64,000 nt of DNA from Promethearchaeia archaeon (GTDB lineage Archaea > Asgardarchaeota > Lokiarchaeia > Sigyniarchaeales > SOKP01): contig JAHQWK010000004.1 of the NCBI GenBank assembly GCA_029856145.1, positions 160,001 to 224,000 of the forward strand, written 5' to 3'. Position numbers and translations under genes: made by a program. How positions within the stretch are numbered: the stretch's first letter is position 1; every line of letters begins with the position of its first letter. The notes beneath the pieces were generated by a model, which searched no databases, was not told the origin of the DNA, and saw only the letters and a program-made list of their open reading frames with translations. This document shows, piece by piece, positions 11,074 through 21,740 of the stretch.

Positions 11074-12120
11074 CTAAATAAGATTCTTTTTTTTTATAAT
11101 TTTATAATACTTATCACGTTCTTGGCGTATAAGTTTTATTTCTTCTCTTAAATCTGTTAATTCTCGTTTAATATTCTCCTTTTCATTATTTACACCCAAG
11201 ATCCTATCGTTCAATTTCTTAATTTCGATTTCTAAATTCGGAACTGATTCACTGTCTCTTTTTGCTTTTAGTACTTGAAATTTTAACTTTTTATTAGTTT
11301 CATTCAATTTTTCAATTTCATGATTTAAGGTATCGTTTTCCATCTTAATTTTTTTAATTTCTGTTAGTAGTTGTTCAGCACCTTTTTCGATTTCATCTGT
11401 ATCACCTAATTTTGCTTTTAAGTTATTAATTCGTTCATCTTTCTGGTCCAATGCTAATTTTTGTACATTTAATAATCTAGTTGATTCTCTATTTTTTGAT
11501 GTTAAAGTGGCGTTATATTCATTTAAATCTGCCATTTGGTTACTCCAATTTTCTAATTTTGAATATAATCCAGTTACCTCATTTTTTAAAGCTTCAACGT
11601 TTCTTAAATGTTCAGATCTGTCAGAAACTAACATAGAAACTTTTTGAGCAAGATCATTAATTTTTCCTTTCTTTTCTCCTATTTCTTGTTCAAATCCTCG
11701 TCTCTCTTGCCAATAGGCATCGAGTTCACCTTTTTCTAACAACTCGTAGGATTTTGCAAATAGTTCTTTAAACTTTTTTTCCTTTCTTTGAGGTAATAAT
11801 TCAAAAGCAATTCTTCGTACTTGACCCTCAAAATTTTTTGGAAGTATATCCTCATCAGAAAGGAATACTGTAATTACATGATCTCCCTTCCCAATAAAAT
11901 GCTTGGAAGAATGACCCGTAAAAAAACTAGCTACACTAAGATCACGCTTTATTTGCATTTCTAAATAATTGGAACCTGTCCTCACCCTCTTATGTTCCTC
12001 AAAAACAGTCGAAAGCATTGAATCTGTTACTCCTAATTCTTCACAGATATTTTGCGGATATTCAACATCTTTAGTTAATTCTGATTTCTTATCTAGATTT
12101 AAAATCACAATTCCTTTCAA
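11074..12120 (-). CDS. Putative longin/uDENN-like N-terminal domain plus long coiled coil
   Basis: KGIVILNLDKK...VEYP start parallels GLAFFSWDTKMG...KYP of 14333..15658; C-terminal ~200 aa is heptad-rich. Confidence 0.55.
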   Translation of the reverse strand: MKGIVILNLDKKSELTKDVEYPQNICEELGVTDSMLSTVFEEHKRVRTGSNYLEMQIKRDLSVASFFTGHSSKHFIGKGDHVITVFLSDEDILPKNFEGQVRRIAFELLPQRKEKKFKELFAKSYELLEKGELDAYWQERRGFEQEIGEKKGKINDLAQKVSMLVSDRSEHLRNVEALKNEVTGLYSKLENWSNQMADLNEYNATLTSKNRESTRLLNVQKLALDQKDERINNLKAKLGDTDEIEKGAEQLLTEIKKIKMENDTLNHEIEKLNETNKKLKFQVLKAKRDSESVPNLEIEIKKLNDRILGVNNEKENIKRELTDLREEIKLIRQERDKYYKIIKKKNLI

Positions 12121-12265
12121 TTTATATCCCTAATAAGTAATAAATTAGCTAATTCCAAATATGCAAATATAATGTTCACTCTAATATTAATTAAGATTAT
12201 CAAATTTTTTAAAATTGCTATATATCATTAATGCATTTCAAAAAAAAACCACAAACTATTAATCC

Positions 12266-12634
12266 TTACTTTAAGTATGTGTTCACCAATTCTCTAAATT
12301 CATTAACTTTAATTGGTTTAGAGATATATTCATTAAATCCTGCTGATAAAATTCTATCTTTATCACCTTTCATTGCAAAGGAGGTTACTGCAATTATTGG
12401 TATTTCCCTAAATTTCTCAATATTTCGTAGTTCGGTACATATATCAATTCCACTCATTTCTGGAAGTTGGATATCTAAAATAACTAAATCAGGATTCCCA
12501 GTTTTTATTAGTTCTAATCCTAAATCTCCACGTGTTTCTTCAAAAATTTCAACATTCGGTATTAATTTTAAAATTGCTCTAAACAACTTCATGTTTTTTT
12601 CATTATCCTCAATAACATACACATTTCTAGTCAT
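12266..12634 (-). CDS. Single-domain response regulator (CheY/DivK-like)
   Basis: IEDN, LDIQLP (phospho-Asp), AVTS, SKP motifs all intact. Confidence 0.93.
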   Translation of the reverse strand: MTRNVYVIEDNEKNMKLFRAILKLIPNVEIFEETRGDLGLELIKTGNPDLVILDIQLPEMSGIDICTELRNIEKFREIPIIAVTSFAMKGDKDRILSAGFNEYISKPIKVNEFRELVNTYLK

Positions 12635-12798
12635 AAATAATAACCCCGATTCTCTTCTATTGAAATTATTAAATATTTTTTTTTCTAATTTTATTTTAAA
12701 ACCATTTTCTTGAAACGGTTATATAAATCATTTTTGATTTATTATTTAAATCTATTTTTAAAAATATCAAATTGAAGTAGCAAAATCAAAAATAATAA

Positions 12799-14340
12799 TC
12801 ATGATATAAATTTTGCTTTTAATTCTTGAGCAACCTTAGCAATTTTTTTCAGTTCTTCAAAATCTTTCTCTATCATTGATTTCATTATGTCAATCTTGAG
12901 TTTTTTAACTTTTTCAAGGGTTACAGAAAATTCCTTGTTGATATCATCATAGAGTTCATCGATGTTGTTATAAAGAATCTGAGCATGTTCTTTATCCATA
13001 ATCTCAGAGTTAATAATCATGTTTTGATATGAATTATTTAATTCATCTAACCAATTCCTTCCGAGTTCCTTTATTGGGAAAAGATCATCGAGTTTACCCG
13101 TTCTAATCGCTATTTCAAACTTATCTCTATAGTTTTCAAATAACTTCTTAAAATAATTATTGATTTTATTTTCAATAGCTTTTAAGTTAATATTTGGGTT
13201 CATAAAAAGAGTCACTGTATAATTGTCATAACCAAATATATTCATTTTCAAATTACTCCCTTTTAAGCCAAAACCTGTTAAGTTTTGAATGTTTAATTCT
13301 AAGGAAAACTTTTCAAGTGCGCTAATAAACATTGGAATTAATTCAAGATCAACTGGAATTATTGTATCGTCATTTGGCATACTTTGAGAAATAAAGTCTT
13401 TAAGAGCATCATCAAATAATTCAAGCTTTATTAAAGATTTTCCATCCTTATCTGCTATTATTGCTCCTATAATTGACGGTACTACTTCCTTTATTGCTAA
13501 TTTAGTAGGGACTAAACGCCTTTCAGATTTATTAAAAGGAGCAGATGAAAAACTGCTTAATATCTTATTGTATATAACTTTACCTTTATTTGTCAAGCTA
13601 AGAAGGTCTTTATTCTCAACGTGCTTTATTTCAATATGCCCTTTGTTAGCGAGGCTTTCAACAAGATAATTAGTTAATTTTTTAGGATGGTTTAATTTTT
13701 CATGAAGATTTTCTTTAGTAATTACAACTTCTTTATCAATTTGATGTATAAGTTTAATTGATTCATCAACAATATTTAATAGTAAACCTTCATCATCGGG
13801 TATAATATCTTGAAGACAGATTTTCATAATATCAATCAAATTTGAAAAAGTCTGGGTAAAATAATCCCTTTTTAAACTTGTAAATAAAAAATTTATTAAA
13901 TTTTCATTTGGAAATTCAGTTTTGACAAGTGATTTGATTTCCCTAACTTTTTTTTCACTCACTAGATCTATTTTATGTAATAAAACAAAGATATATGTTG
14001 AAGGTGTTATGGTATTCCTTAAATCTATTATTTTTCTTACGAATTTAAAAATTTCATCATAACTAGACACAATATCTATTACAACTAAAATCAGTTTAGT
14101 GCCAATGAAAATTCTTTTTTCATCTGTATCAAGCCATCGCTTATTTTCTTGTCCTGCAAGATCAAATATACCAACGTCTTGATTTAAACTAGGCAATCTC
14201 ATTATTAATGATTCTTCACCGTAGGTTGGTTCTAATGCATATTCTAATAATTTTGTTGAACTTTCACCTTCAAAAAAGACCTTACGGAGCGTTGTTTTTC
14301 CTGCACCGGGAGGTCCTACAAAGATAATTTTTTCACTCAT
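12799..14340 (-). CDS. Rag/Gtr-like GTPase + winged helix + roadblock/longin-like domain
   Basis: GPPGAGKTT, LEPT, DLAGQ, HKID, TSL; wHTH-like LVESLANKGHIE...LSLTNKG; AIIADKDG...LIPMFISALEKFS. ATG at 14340 overlaps the upstream stop (ATGAGTGA). Confidence 0.8.
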   Translation of the reverse strand: MSEKIIFVGPPGAGKTTLRKVFFEGESSTKLLEYALEPTYGEESLIMRLPSLNQDVGIFDLAGQENKRWLDTDEKRIFIGTKLILVVIDIVSSYDEIFKFVRKIIDLRNTITPSTYIFVLLHKIDLVSEKKVREIKSLVKTEFPNENLINFLFTSLKRDYFTQTFSNLIDIMKICLQDIIPDDEGLLLNIVDESIKLIHQIDKEVVITKENLHEKLNHPKKLTNYLVESLANKGHIEIKHVENKDLLSLTNKGKVIYNKILSSFSSAPFNKSERRLVPTKLAIKEVVPSIIGAIIADKDGKSLIKLELFDDALKDFISQSMPNDDTIIPVDLELIPMFISALEKFSLELNIQNLTGFGLKGSNLKMNIFGYDNYTVTLFMNPNINLKAIENKINNYFKKLFENYRDKFEIAIRTGKLDDLFPIKELGRNWLDELNNSYQNMIINSEIMDKEHAQILYNNIDELYDDINKEFSVTLEKVKKLKIDIMKSMIEKDFEELKKIAKVAQELKAKFIS

Positions 14341-15658
14341 TTTTATCAAGCAGTTTTTTTTTCAAATAGTAAACATTTTTTAGTTTTAATCTAATTTGAC
14401 CAATTATCCATATTAGTTTATTTGCACTAAGGGTCTCAGAAAGGCAAATTAAATTTTTAAGACTAAATTTTTTGTAATTCAAGCTATTCATAATGATATT
14501 AAAATTAGAACTTGAGAGGATTAAATGCTCAATTTTATCATTCATAGCCATGTTTTCAAAAGTTTTATTCAACTGTGTTATAAGTCTATGCGAATGATTA
14601 ATAATCACTGTATTAAAATCTTTAGACATCGATTGTACTATTATATTATCATTTAAGTTAGTTATAAAAAACATTGTTTTAGAAAAATCTCCAATTATAT
14701 CATCCAATATCTTTTTTAGATATATATTTTCTTTAGAAAAACCACTTAATAGTTCATAAAATGCGTTGTATAGGCTGTATATTAATTTTGGATAAATGCT
14801 TGTGTAATAAATAGAAATGTCAAATTTTCTTTTTATTTCATTAGTAATTTCCTTTAGAATCTTTCGTCTAGACTCCTTTCCAATCAGATCTATTTTATGA
14901 ATAAAAAGGATTACCTTGGCACTATAGGATTTATTAGTCATAATATCTCTAACTTTTTGGATATCATCTACAATTTGTTGGGAGTTAGAAACCCAAGTTG
15001 GATAATCGAATAGATATATAATAATATCAGTATTTTCAAATGCTAAGATATGATCACTATCATTTTCATTTTCCAGTAAATAACTTAACTCTTGTCCAGA
15101 AGAATCAAATAATCCTAATTTTAAATCCAACCATGAGTAGACAGATGGTGATATTCCACGTGTTGGTTCTAAAGGATTATATAATAAATCCTTGGGATTA
15201 TATCCTTCAAAAACAATTTTCTTAATACTTGTTTTTCCCGTACTAGCTCTTCCTATTAATAAGAATTTTTTTGTTGACGATTCTTCAAAAAAGGTGCCAA
15301 TTCTTTCCATAAAATATTTTTTTCTGTCATCCCTGGTTTTTTGTAAAGCTTTTTTTGAAAAATCAATAAATTTAGCTTTCAATGTATAAAGGTTAATCTT
15401 TTCCTTTTCATCAAGAATAATTACAAATATTTCATATCCTACATCCGTAACTTTAGATTTATCACAAAAACTCAGAATGGTTTGATCTTCATATGTAATC
15501 TCAATAATTTCGTCTTTAGTAAAATCTTCTTCATATGAATGAGTCATATATATTTTATTAATTAATTCATCTGTTAATTTTAAATCTAAAGGATATTTCA
15601 TCTCAAGTGTAGCACCCATCTTTGTATCCCAACTGAAGAATGCTAATCCTATAATCAT
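14333..15658 (-). CDS. uDENN/longin domain + Rag/Gtr-like GTPase + roadblock-like C-terminal domain
   Basis: MIIGLAFFSWDTKMGATLEMKYP N-terminus; GRASTGKTS, LEPTRG, DSSGQ, HKID, TSIY. ATG at 15658 follows a GGTGAT SD. Confidence 0.8.
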   Translation of the reverse strand: MIIGLAFFSWDTKMGATLEMKYPLDLKLTDELINKIYMTHSYEEDFTKDEIIEITYEDQTILSFCDKSKVTDVGYEIFVIILDEKEKINLYTLKAKFIDFSKKALQKTRDDRKKYFMERIGTFFEESSTKKFLLIGRASTGKTSIKKIVFEGYNPKDLLYNPLEPTRGISPSVYSWLDLKLGLFDSSGQELSYLLENENDSDHILAFENTDIIIYLFDYPTWVSNSQQIVDDIQKVRDIMTNKSYSAKVILFIHKIDLIGKESRRKILKEITNEIKRKFDISIYYTSIYPKLIYSLYNAFYELLSGFSKENIYLKKILDDIIGDFSKTMFFITNLNDNIIVQSMSKDFNTVIINHSHRLITQLNKTFENMAMNDKIEHLILSSSNFNIIMNSLNYKKFSLKNLICLSETLSANKLIWIIGQIRLKLKNVYYLKKKLLDKNE

Positions 15659-15668
15659 GTTTAAATTA

Positions 15669-17804
15669 TCACCTATTTTTTTCCTCAAATTTTTTAGATA
15701 TACTAAAAGTAAATGTAGATCCCATACCTAAAACACTTGTGAAGGTAATTTCACCACTATGTAATTCAATAAGCCTTTTAGTTAATGACAATCCGAGTCC
15801 AGTTCCAGGCACAGATCGTACATATGTGGAATTAACTCTTTTAAATTCTTTAAAGATTAAAGGAAAATCTTTGCGTGCTATTCCTATCCCTGTGTCTCTT
15901 ACTTTAAAAACCCATTGATTATACCCTTCTTTAACTATTAATTCAACTTGCCCTTCAATCGTAAATTTAATAGCATTACTTACCAAATTCAATAAAATTT
16001 CCTTAAATCTAATAGGATCAGCAAATATAAATTTTTCTTCTTTTAATCCTTTAATCTTGAATTTTAAATCTTTTTTACTATATAAAGGTTTTAGACTGGA
16101 TTTAATTTGATCTATCATAGGGTTCAAAGGAAACTTCTGAATATTTAAGGAGATCTGTCCAGATTCAATTTTAGAGATATCCAATATATGTTTGATCATA
16201 TCAAATTGATGTTCAGCCGAACTTTTAATATCTGTTATAAATTCCTTTTGTTCCTCATTCAATTGCCCATAAACTCCTTCTAAAAGCAAATCAGCGAATC
16301 CAATTATAGCATTCAACGGAGTTCTTAATTCATGCGACATAGTAGCCATAAATTCTGTTTTGAACTGTGATGATTTTACAATTTGATCTAAATAATATTT
16401 CTGTTGTTCAAGGGCTTCATTTAATTCTCTTGTTCGAATTTGAACTTCGGTTTCTAATTCATCTTTAAATTTATGTTCTAAAAGCTCTACCTTCTTTTTT
16501 TCAGTAATGTCTTCAAAAATCAGTTGAATTAAAGTTTTAGCATCCTGCTTTATGACAGATGCTTGAATTTCAACCCACAATAAATCTCCTTTAAAAGTTT
16601 TAACTTTGACTTCTATAGGTTCAGGAAAATCTTTTAAAAAAGAGGTTTTGAAAATTTGTTTAAAATATTTTTTAATTTCTATATGAAAAATATTATTATA
16701 AGCATCAATGGATTTTCCAATGATATCACTTCGATCCAAACCGAATAAAACTTCTGTTGTAGGATTAGAATCTACAATAATACCATTCAAATCAATAATA
16801 AATATTGCATTAGGAGAATTATCAAATAAAGCCTTATATCTCTCTTCAGCTAATTTGCGCTCATTAATATTCCTTGAAATTATCAAGCCTTTCAATTCTT
16901 TATCTCTATCAATAATAATCTGTCCACTACACTCAAACCAGAGCCAATATCCCTCCTTATGCTTAAATCGTAATTCAATCACAGATTCTCCTGGTTGAAA
17001 TCCTTTCTTAAAAGTATTAACGGCTCGTTCAACATCCTCCGGATGAATATATTCTAGAGCAGAGTTTCCTATAACATCCTTCTTTCGATATCCTAATAAT
17101 CTGAAGACAGTTTCTTCATTTAAATATTCGAATTTAATTTTACGGTCAATTATAACTATGAGATCATTAATGTTTTCAATAATAAGACGATATTTTTCTT
17201 CAGATTCTTTTAACAGATTTTCCATTTTACTTCGTTCTAAGGCATTTCCAATAATTTGTGATGATATGCGTAAAGGTGACAAATCACTCTCTTTCCATTC
17301 TTTTTGTATTGAATCATTTGCATACCCTATAAATCCAGCTAAATCTGTTTTAATATAAAGTGGGAATACTAATAAAGATCTAATATTATTAAGGTTCAAT
17401 AATCTTTTTGTAGCTTTAGCTTCATCTGGTAAACTTGAAGCATCATAAACATTAATTATATTTCCCCTTCTAAGTTGCTCGTTCCACCATGGAAAACTAT
17501 GAACCCATGAATTTTCAAAGTATTGAAATAGTGGATTTATTCCTTCTGTACACCATTCATATGTGTGATTTAAATTAATTCTGTTATCATTAAAAATACA
17601 CAAAACAACACGACTAGCTCCACTTAAAATTCCTATATCACGTAGTGTAGCATTAATTGCATCATTAATTTCTATATTTCCAAGAAAACGGGAGGATATT
17701 GTATAGGCTAAAACCTCTAAACTTGACCAGTTCTTAAATATTCTATCTGCTTCTTTAACTAAATTTTTTTCAGTCCCTGAAATTTCTTTTTCTCCTAAAA
17801 ACAC
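15669..17804 (-). CDS. Cytoplasmic sensor histidine kinase GAF-PAS-PAS-HisKA-HATPase
   Basis: HTYEWC GAF, IHPED PAS, MSHELRTPLN, NLVSNAIKF, DTGIGI, GTGLGL. Confidence 0.93.
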   Translation of the reverse strand: MFLGEKEISGTEKNLVKEADRIFKNWSSLEVLAYTISSRFLGNIEINDAINATLRDIGILSGASRVVLCIFNDNRINLNHTYEWCTEGINPLFQYFENSWVHSFPWWNEQLRRGNIINVYDASSLPDEAKATKRLLNLNNIRSLLVFPLYIKTDLAGFIGYANDSIQKEWKESDLSPLRISSQIIGNALERSKMENLLKESEEKYRLIIENINDLIVIIDRKIKFEYLNEETVFRLLGYRKKDVIGNSALEYIHPEDVERAVNTFKKGFQPGESVIELRFKHKEGYWLWFECSGQIIIDRDKELKGLIISRNINERKLAEERYKALFDNSPNAIFIIDLNGIIVDSNPTTEVLFGLDRSDIIGKSIDAYNNIFHIEIKKYFKQIFKTSFLKDFPEPIEVKVKTFKGDLLWVEIQASVIKQDAKTLIQLIFEDITEKKKVELLEHKFKDELETEVQIRTRELNEALEQQKYYLDQIVKSSQFKTEFMATMSHELRTPLNAIIGFADLLLEGVYGQLNEEQKEFITDIKSSAEHQFDMIKHILDISKIESGQISLNIQKFPLNPMIDQIKSSLKPLYSKKDLKFKIKGLKEEKFIFADPIRFKEILLNLVSNAIKFTIEGQVELIVKEGYNQWVFKVRDTGIGIARKDFPLIFKEFKRVNSTYVRSVPGTGLGLSLTKRLIELHSGEITFTSVLGMGSTFTFSISKKFEEKNR

Positions 17805-17840
17805 GTTTTTAATTTTTCCTCATTTAATTTTCATTTTATA

Positions 17841-20768
17841 TCATAAATATTTTAATAATTCTTCTACTCTAAGACTGTTTGTTATCTTTTTAGGGATATA
17901 AAAAGAAAATGTTGATCCCATCCCTAATTTACTTGTAAAAGAAATATTTCCACCATGTAAATTAATAATTCTCTTGGTTAGAGACAATCCTAAGCCTGAA
18001 CCTGGCATAGAATCAACATATGGAAATTTTACCCTTTTAAAATCTTTAAATATAATGTTAAGATCTTCTTTAGCAATTCCTATTCCTGTATCTTTTACAT
18101 TAAATTCCCAATTATCTTTTTTATCTATAAATTCAAATGTAACAGTCCCCCTTTCAGTAAACTTTATGGCATTACTTAGTAGATTATAAATAATTTGTTT
18201 AAATTTAAGTCGATCAGCTAATATAATCTGTTTTTTTTTCACATCTTTTAATTCAATCTTTAAATCCTTTTTGCTATATAGGGATTTTAAAGTTGAGATT
18301 ACTTGATTAACTAGATCATATAATTGGATATTGTCAATTTTTACAGAAACTTGCCCCGATTCAATCTTTGATATATCTAGGATATTTGATATCATATCCA
18401 ATAAATGTTTTGATGATTCTTCAATATCTTTAATGAATTCTAATTGTTCTGAATTTAATTGACCGTAAACTCCTTCCAGGAGCAAATCCGTAAAACCAAT
18501 AATGGCATTTAATGGGGTTCTTAATTCGTGAGACATAGTTGCTAAAAATTCTGTTTTAAAATGAGATGCTTTTAAAATCTGATCTAAATACAGTTTTTGT
18601 TGGTCAAGCGCAACTTTCAATTCTTTGGTTCTCAGTTTAACTTCCCTTTCTAATTCTTGACTAAACTTCTTTCTTAAAGCTTCTGCTCTCTTTCTTTCGC
18701 TGACATCCCGGAAAAAACCTTTAAAACCAATTATTTCTCCATTAGAATTATATCTTAAATATACAGAAGTTTCTTGATATATTCTGTCCCCATCTTTTCT
18801 TATAACTTGAGAATTAATTAATTTGAATCCTTCTCCTTTCTTATATAAATCATTATATACACGAAATACTCTCTCTTTGGTTTCTTCATCAAACACCATG
18901 CTATAACTCTTATTTAATAATTCTTCACGTGAATACCCGCTACTCTTACATAACGCATCATTGAAAAATGTGAAATTCCCTTCAAGATCAACTTCAAAAT
19001 ATCCTTCATTAATATTTTCAAGCACACTTCTATATTTTTCTTCTGACTCACTTAATTTTTGTTCAGCTTTCTTACGTTCGGTAACATCTACAAGTGCAGC
19101 CAAAATTGCGTCTTTTCCTTGATATTGGATAGTTTTAGAATAGGTGTCCATCCATTTTATTTCACCATTTTTAGTAAAAATCCTATACATTCTGTCGAAT
19201 TTCTCATCAATCAATCCTTTTTGTCTATGGCTCAATCGTTTTATAATAAGACCTCTATCCTCAGGATGAACAACATTGAGAAATTCTTTCATGGACCATT
19301 CTTTTATTTCTTTTTCAGAATATCCCAACATTTTCGTAATGGTTTTATTTATATATTGGATACTAGAATCCTTTATTATACAAATCCCCATAAAAGATTG
19401 TTCGGTGATCTCTCTAAAGTTTTCTTCAGATTCTTTTAAGCGTTGTTCTGATAATTTTCGCTCGGTTATATCTCTTGAGACTGTTATTGCTCTTAATTGA
19501 TCATCAGACCCCTTAAAGACTGATCCCGTTGTATCTACCCAGATATAATTTCCATTTCTGTGTCGAAGTCTTAATTCACCCCTTCCTCTGCCCCTTTTAA
19601 AACTCTCTCTTATTATTTTTAAAGCTCGCTTAATATCATCTGGATGGATAATATCATGTCGGGTCTTTCCTAACATATCTTTATTATTATATCCTAAAAT
19701 TCTTTGATATGTATTTTCATTTATATATTCATGTTCATATTTACTATTTAGAACCACAATTAAGTCATTGGCATTTTCAGTAATTAAACGATACTTCTCT
19801 TCTGATTCTTTTAACTTTTTTTCGATTTCAGCTTTTTCTGTAAGATCATTATAAATGGCAACAATCTCCCCAGAAGGAAGTTTATATACGTAGTTTTCCC
19901 TCCAACCAGCGATTCTCTCGTCCTGGTAAAGAGAAATAGGGTGATATAATGGTTCTCCTGTCTTCCACACCCTTTGAAAAACTTCAAAAAGACCAAATTC
20001 TTTTATACTTGGAAAGATTTTTGTGACTTTTTTACCAATAACCTCTTTTTTCTTAATCTTTTCTATTTTTTGAGCTGCTAAATTTAAATCTTTAAAAATA
20101 AAGGCTTCACCATTATGAATCGCCTTATATACTGCTACACCACTACTCATTGTGTTAAAAAGTTCTCGATATCTTTTTTCAGATTCTTTTAATATATCTT
20201 CAGTTAGTTTTCTCTCAATTGCGTTTCCAATTATTCGTGAAGAAATTTGCAATAGATTTAAATCCTCTTCTACCCAATTTCTCAACTCTAAATCATCATC
20301 GAATCCTATAAATCCTCCAATTTCACCATTGATATACAAAGGAATAGTTATGTTAGCTTTTACTCCATGATTTTTCAATAAATTTTTAATATTTTTAGCT
20401 TCTGGTGGAAGTCTTGAAACATCTTCAATAATTAGTGGGTTTCCTTTAAGAAGTTGTTTTATTACCCATGGAACTTCGTTCAATTGCAAGTGTTTATAAT
20501 CATTAATATGAGATTCTGCATTCACATTACACCATTCATGAGTATTTATCATATATGGTTTTTCTTTATTAAAGAGGAAAATGAAAACCCTACTGGCATG
20601 TATAAATTCCCCCATATCAGCAAGCGATTTATTTATAACTTTATCAAGTTCATAATTTCCAACAAATCGGGAAGAAATCGATGAAACTAGTTTCTCAAAC
20701 CTTAGTTTTCTTGTAATTGATATATCTTCTTTCACTTGTGTAGTTTTATCTCTCAAATTAGACACCAT
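17841..20768 (-). CDS. Cytoplasmic sensor histidine kinase GAF-(PAS)x4-HisKA-HATPase
   Basis: NTHEWC GAF, four ESEEKYR/DITE-bounded PAS units, MSHELRTPLN, NLLSNAIKF, DTGIGI, GSGLGL. Confidence 0.93.
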   Translation of the reverse strand: MVSNLRDKTTQVKEDISITRKLRFEKLVSSISSRFVGNYELDKVINKSLADMGEFIHASRVFIFLFNKEKPYMINTHEWCNVNAESHINDYKHLQLNEVPWVIKQLLKGNPLIIEDVSRLPPEAKNIKNLLKNHGVKANITIPLYINGEIGGFIGFDDDLELRNWVEEDLNLLQISSRIIGNAIERKLTEDILKESEKRYRELFNTMSSGVAVYKAIHNGEAFIFKDLNLAAQKIEKIKKKEVIGKKVTKIFPSIKEFGLFEVFQRVWKTGEPLYHPISLYQDERIAGWRENYVYKLPSGEIVAIYNDLTEKAEIEKKLKESEEKYRLITENANDLIVVLNSKYEHEYINENTYQRILGYNNKDMLGKTRHDIIHPDDIKRALKIIRESFKRGRGRGELRLRHRNGNYIWVDTTGSVFKGSDDQLRAITVSRDITERKLSEQRLKESEENFREITEQSFMGICIIKDSSIQYINKTITKMLGYSEKEIKEWSMKEFLNVVHPEDRGLIIKRLSHRQKGLIDEKFDRMYRIFTKNGEIKWMDTYSKTIQYQGKDAILAALVDVTERKKAEQKLSESEEKYRSVLENINEGYFEVDLEGNFTFFNDALCKSSGYSREELLNKSYSMVFDEETKERVFRVYNDLYKKGEGFKLINSQVIRKDGDRIYQETSVYLRYNSNGEIIGFKGFFRDVSERKRAEALRKKFSQELEREVKLRTKELKVALDQQKLYLDQILKASHFKTEFLATMSHELRTPLNAIIGFTDLLLEGVYGQLNSEQLEFIKDIEESSKHLLDMISNILDISKIESGQVSVKIDNIQLYDLVNQVISTLKSLYSKKDLKIELKDVKKKQIILADRLKFKQIIYNLLSNAIKFTERGTVTFEFIDKKDNWEFNVKDTGIGIAKEDLNIIFKDFKRVKFPYVDSMPGSGLGLSLTKRIINLHGGNISFTSKLGMGSTFSFYIPKKITNSLRVEELLKYL

Positions 20769-20823
20769 TTTATCTCCTCAATCTTCAACCCAAATTTGAT
20801 GAAATGATTAATTTTTATTTAAC

Positions 20824-21705
20824 TTAATCTTCTTTCTCCTTAAGATAGAGAAAAATATTAAAAAATTCAATCTCTTTATTGAAATGTGAATTTTCCATAT
20901 TAATACAATCTCTTTCTAATCCAATTTTAAAATAATATGCTCTATTAGTTAATTTAAAGAAGTCGTATTCATCAAAACTTTCTACAACACCTAATTTCTC
21001 TAACTCTTCTATATAGAGTTTGGCCTTTTTAGAATTGATTTTAAATTTTTGAGATACATCATCGATACTATACTTTACATTAATATCGGATTTTAATATC
21101 ATAGATAATTGGTTTTTCAGCTTTTGAAATTCTTCACTCTTGATTGGAATTTTATTTCTTTTAATAATTAAATTTAAAATTTCTGAAATTATACAAAAGG
21201 TATTATAAAAGTTGTCTTTTGTAATAGATGTTTGATATATCTCAAAATCCTTACCTTGTGGATGTTGAATTGTAATGAACTCTTGGATAGTCTTTAATTT
21301 ACTACATACATAGGCATTACTCCTAAGATCTATTTTATGTAAAAAAGCAATAATATTACATGAATGAAGGTGAAGATCTTTTTTCACTTTATATATATTG
21401 ATTAAAAATTTAATTATAGATTCTAATGAATTTCCAATGTCAAAAACACAAATTATGATATTACTTTCACTAAATACATCTTTCCCTTTATCTGAAAACC
21501 AAGTTTCATTTTCTTGTCCTGCTAAATCAAAGACTCCTAAATCAGTATTAGATGTTGTATAAATTCTAGAGCTAATCCCTCTTGATGGTTGCAAAGGTTC
21601 TTCTAAAAGTGAAATTGGGCTCACTTGATCGAAATAGACTTTCTGGAGTGTTGTTTTTCCTACTCCAGATGGACCAACAAGAACAATTTTTTTTCTACTT
21701 ATCAA
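20824..21705 (-). CDS. Rag/Gtr-like GTPase with C-terminal winged helix
   Basis: GPSGVGKTT, DLAGQ, HKID, TSI; C-terminal SIDDVSQKFKIN...YIEELEKLGVV...FKLTNRA. Confidence 0.8.
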   Translation of the reverse strand: MISRKKIVLVGPSGVGKTTLQKVYFDQVSPISLLEEPLQPSRGISSRIYTTSNTDLGVFDLAGQENETWFSDKGKDVFSESNIIICVFDIGNSLESIIKFLINIYKVKKDLHLHSCNIIAFLHKIDLRSNAYVCSKLKTIQEFITIQHPQGKDFEIYQTSITKDNFYNTFCIISEILNLIIKRNKIPIKSEEFQKLKNQLSMILKSDINVKYSIDDVSQKFKINSKKAKLYIEELEKLGVVESFDEYDFFKLTNRAYYFKIGLERDCINMENSHFNKEIEFFNIFLYLKEKED

Positions 21706-21740
21706 AGGTATTAACCGATTTTTAAATAAATTTGTATTAT

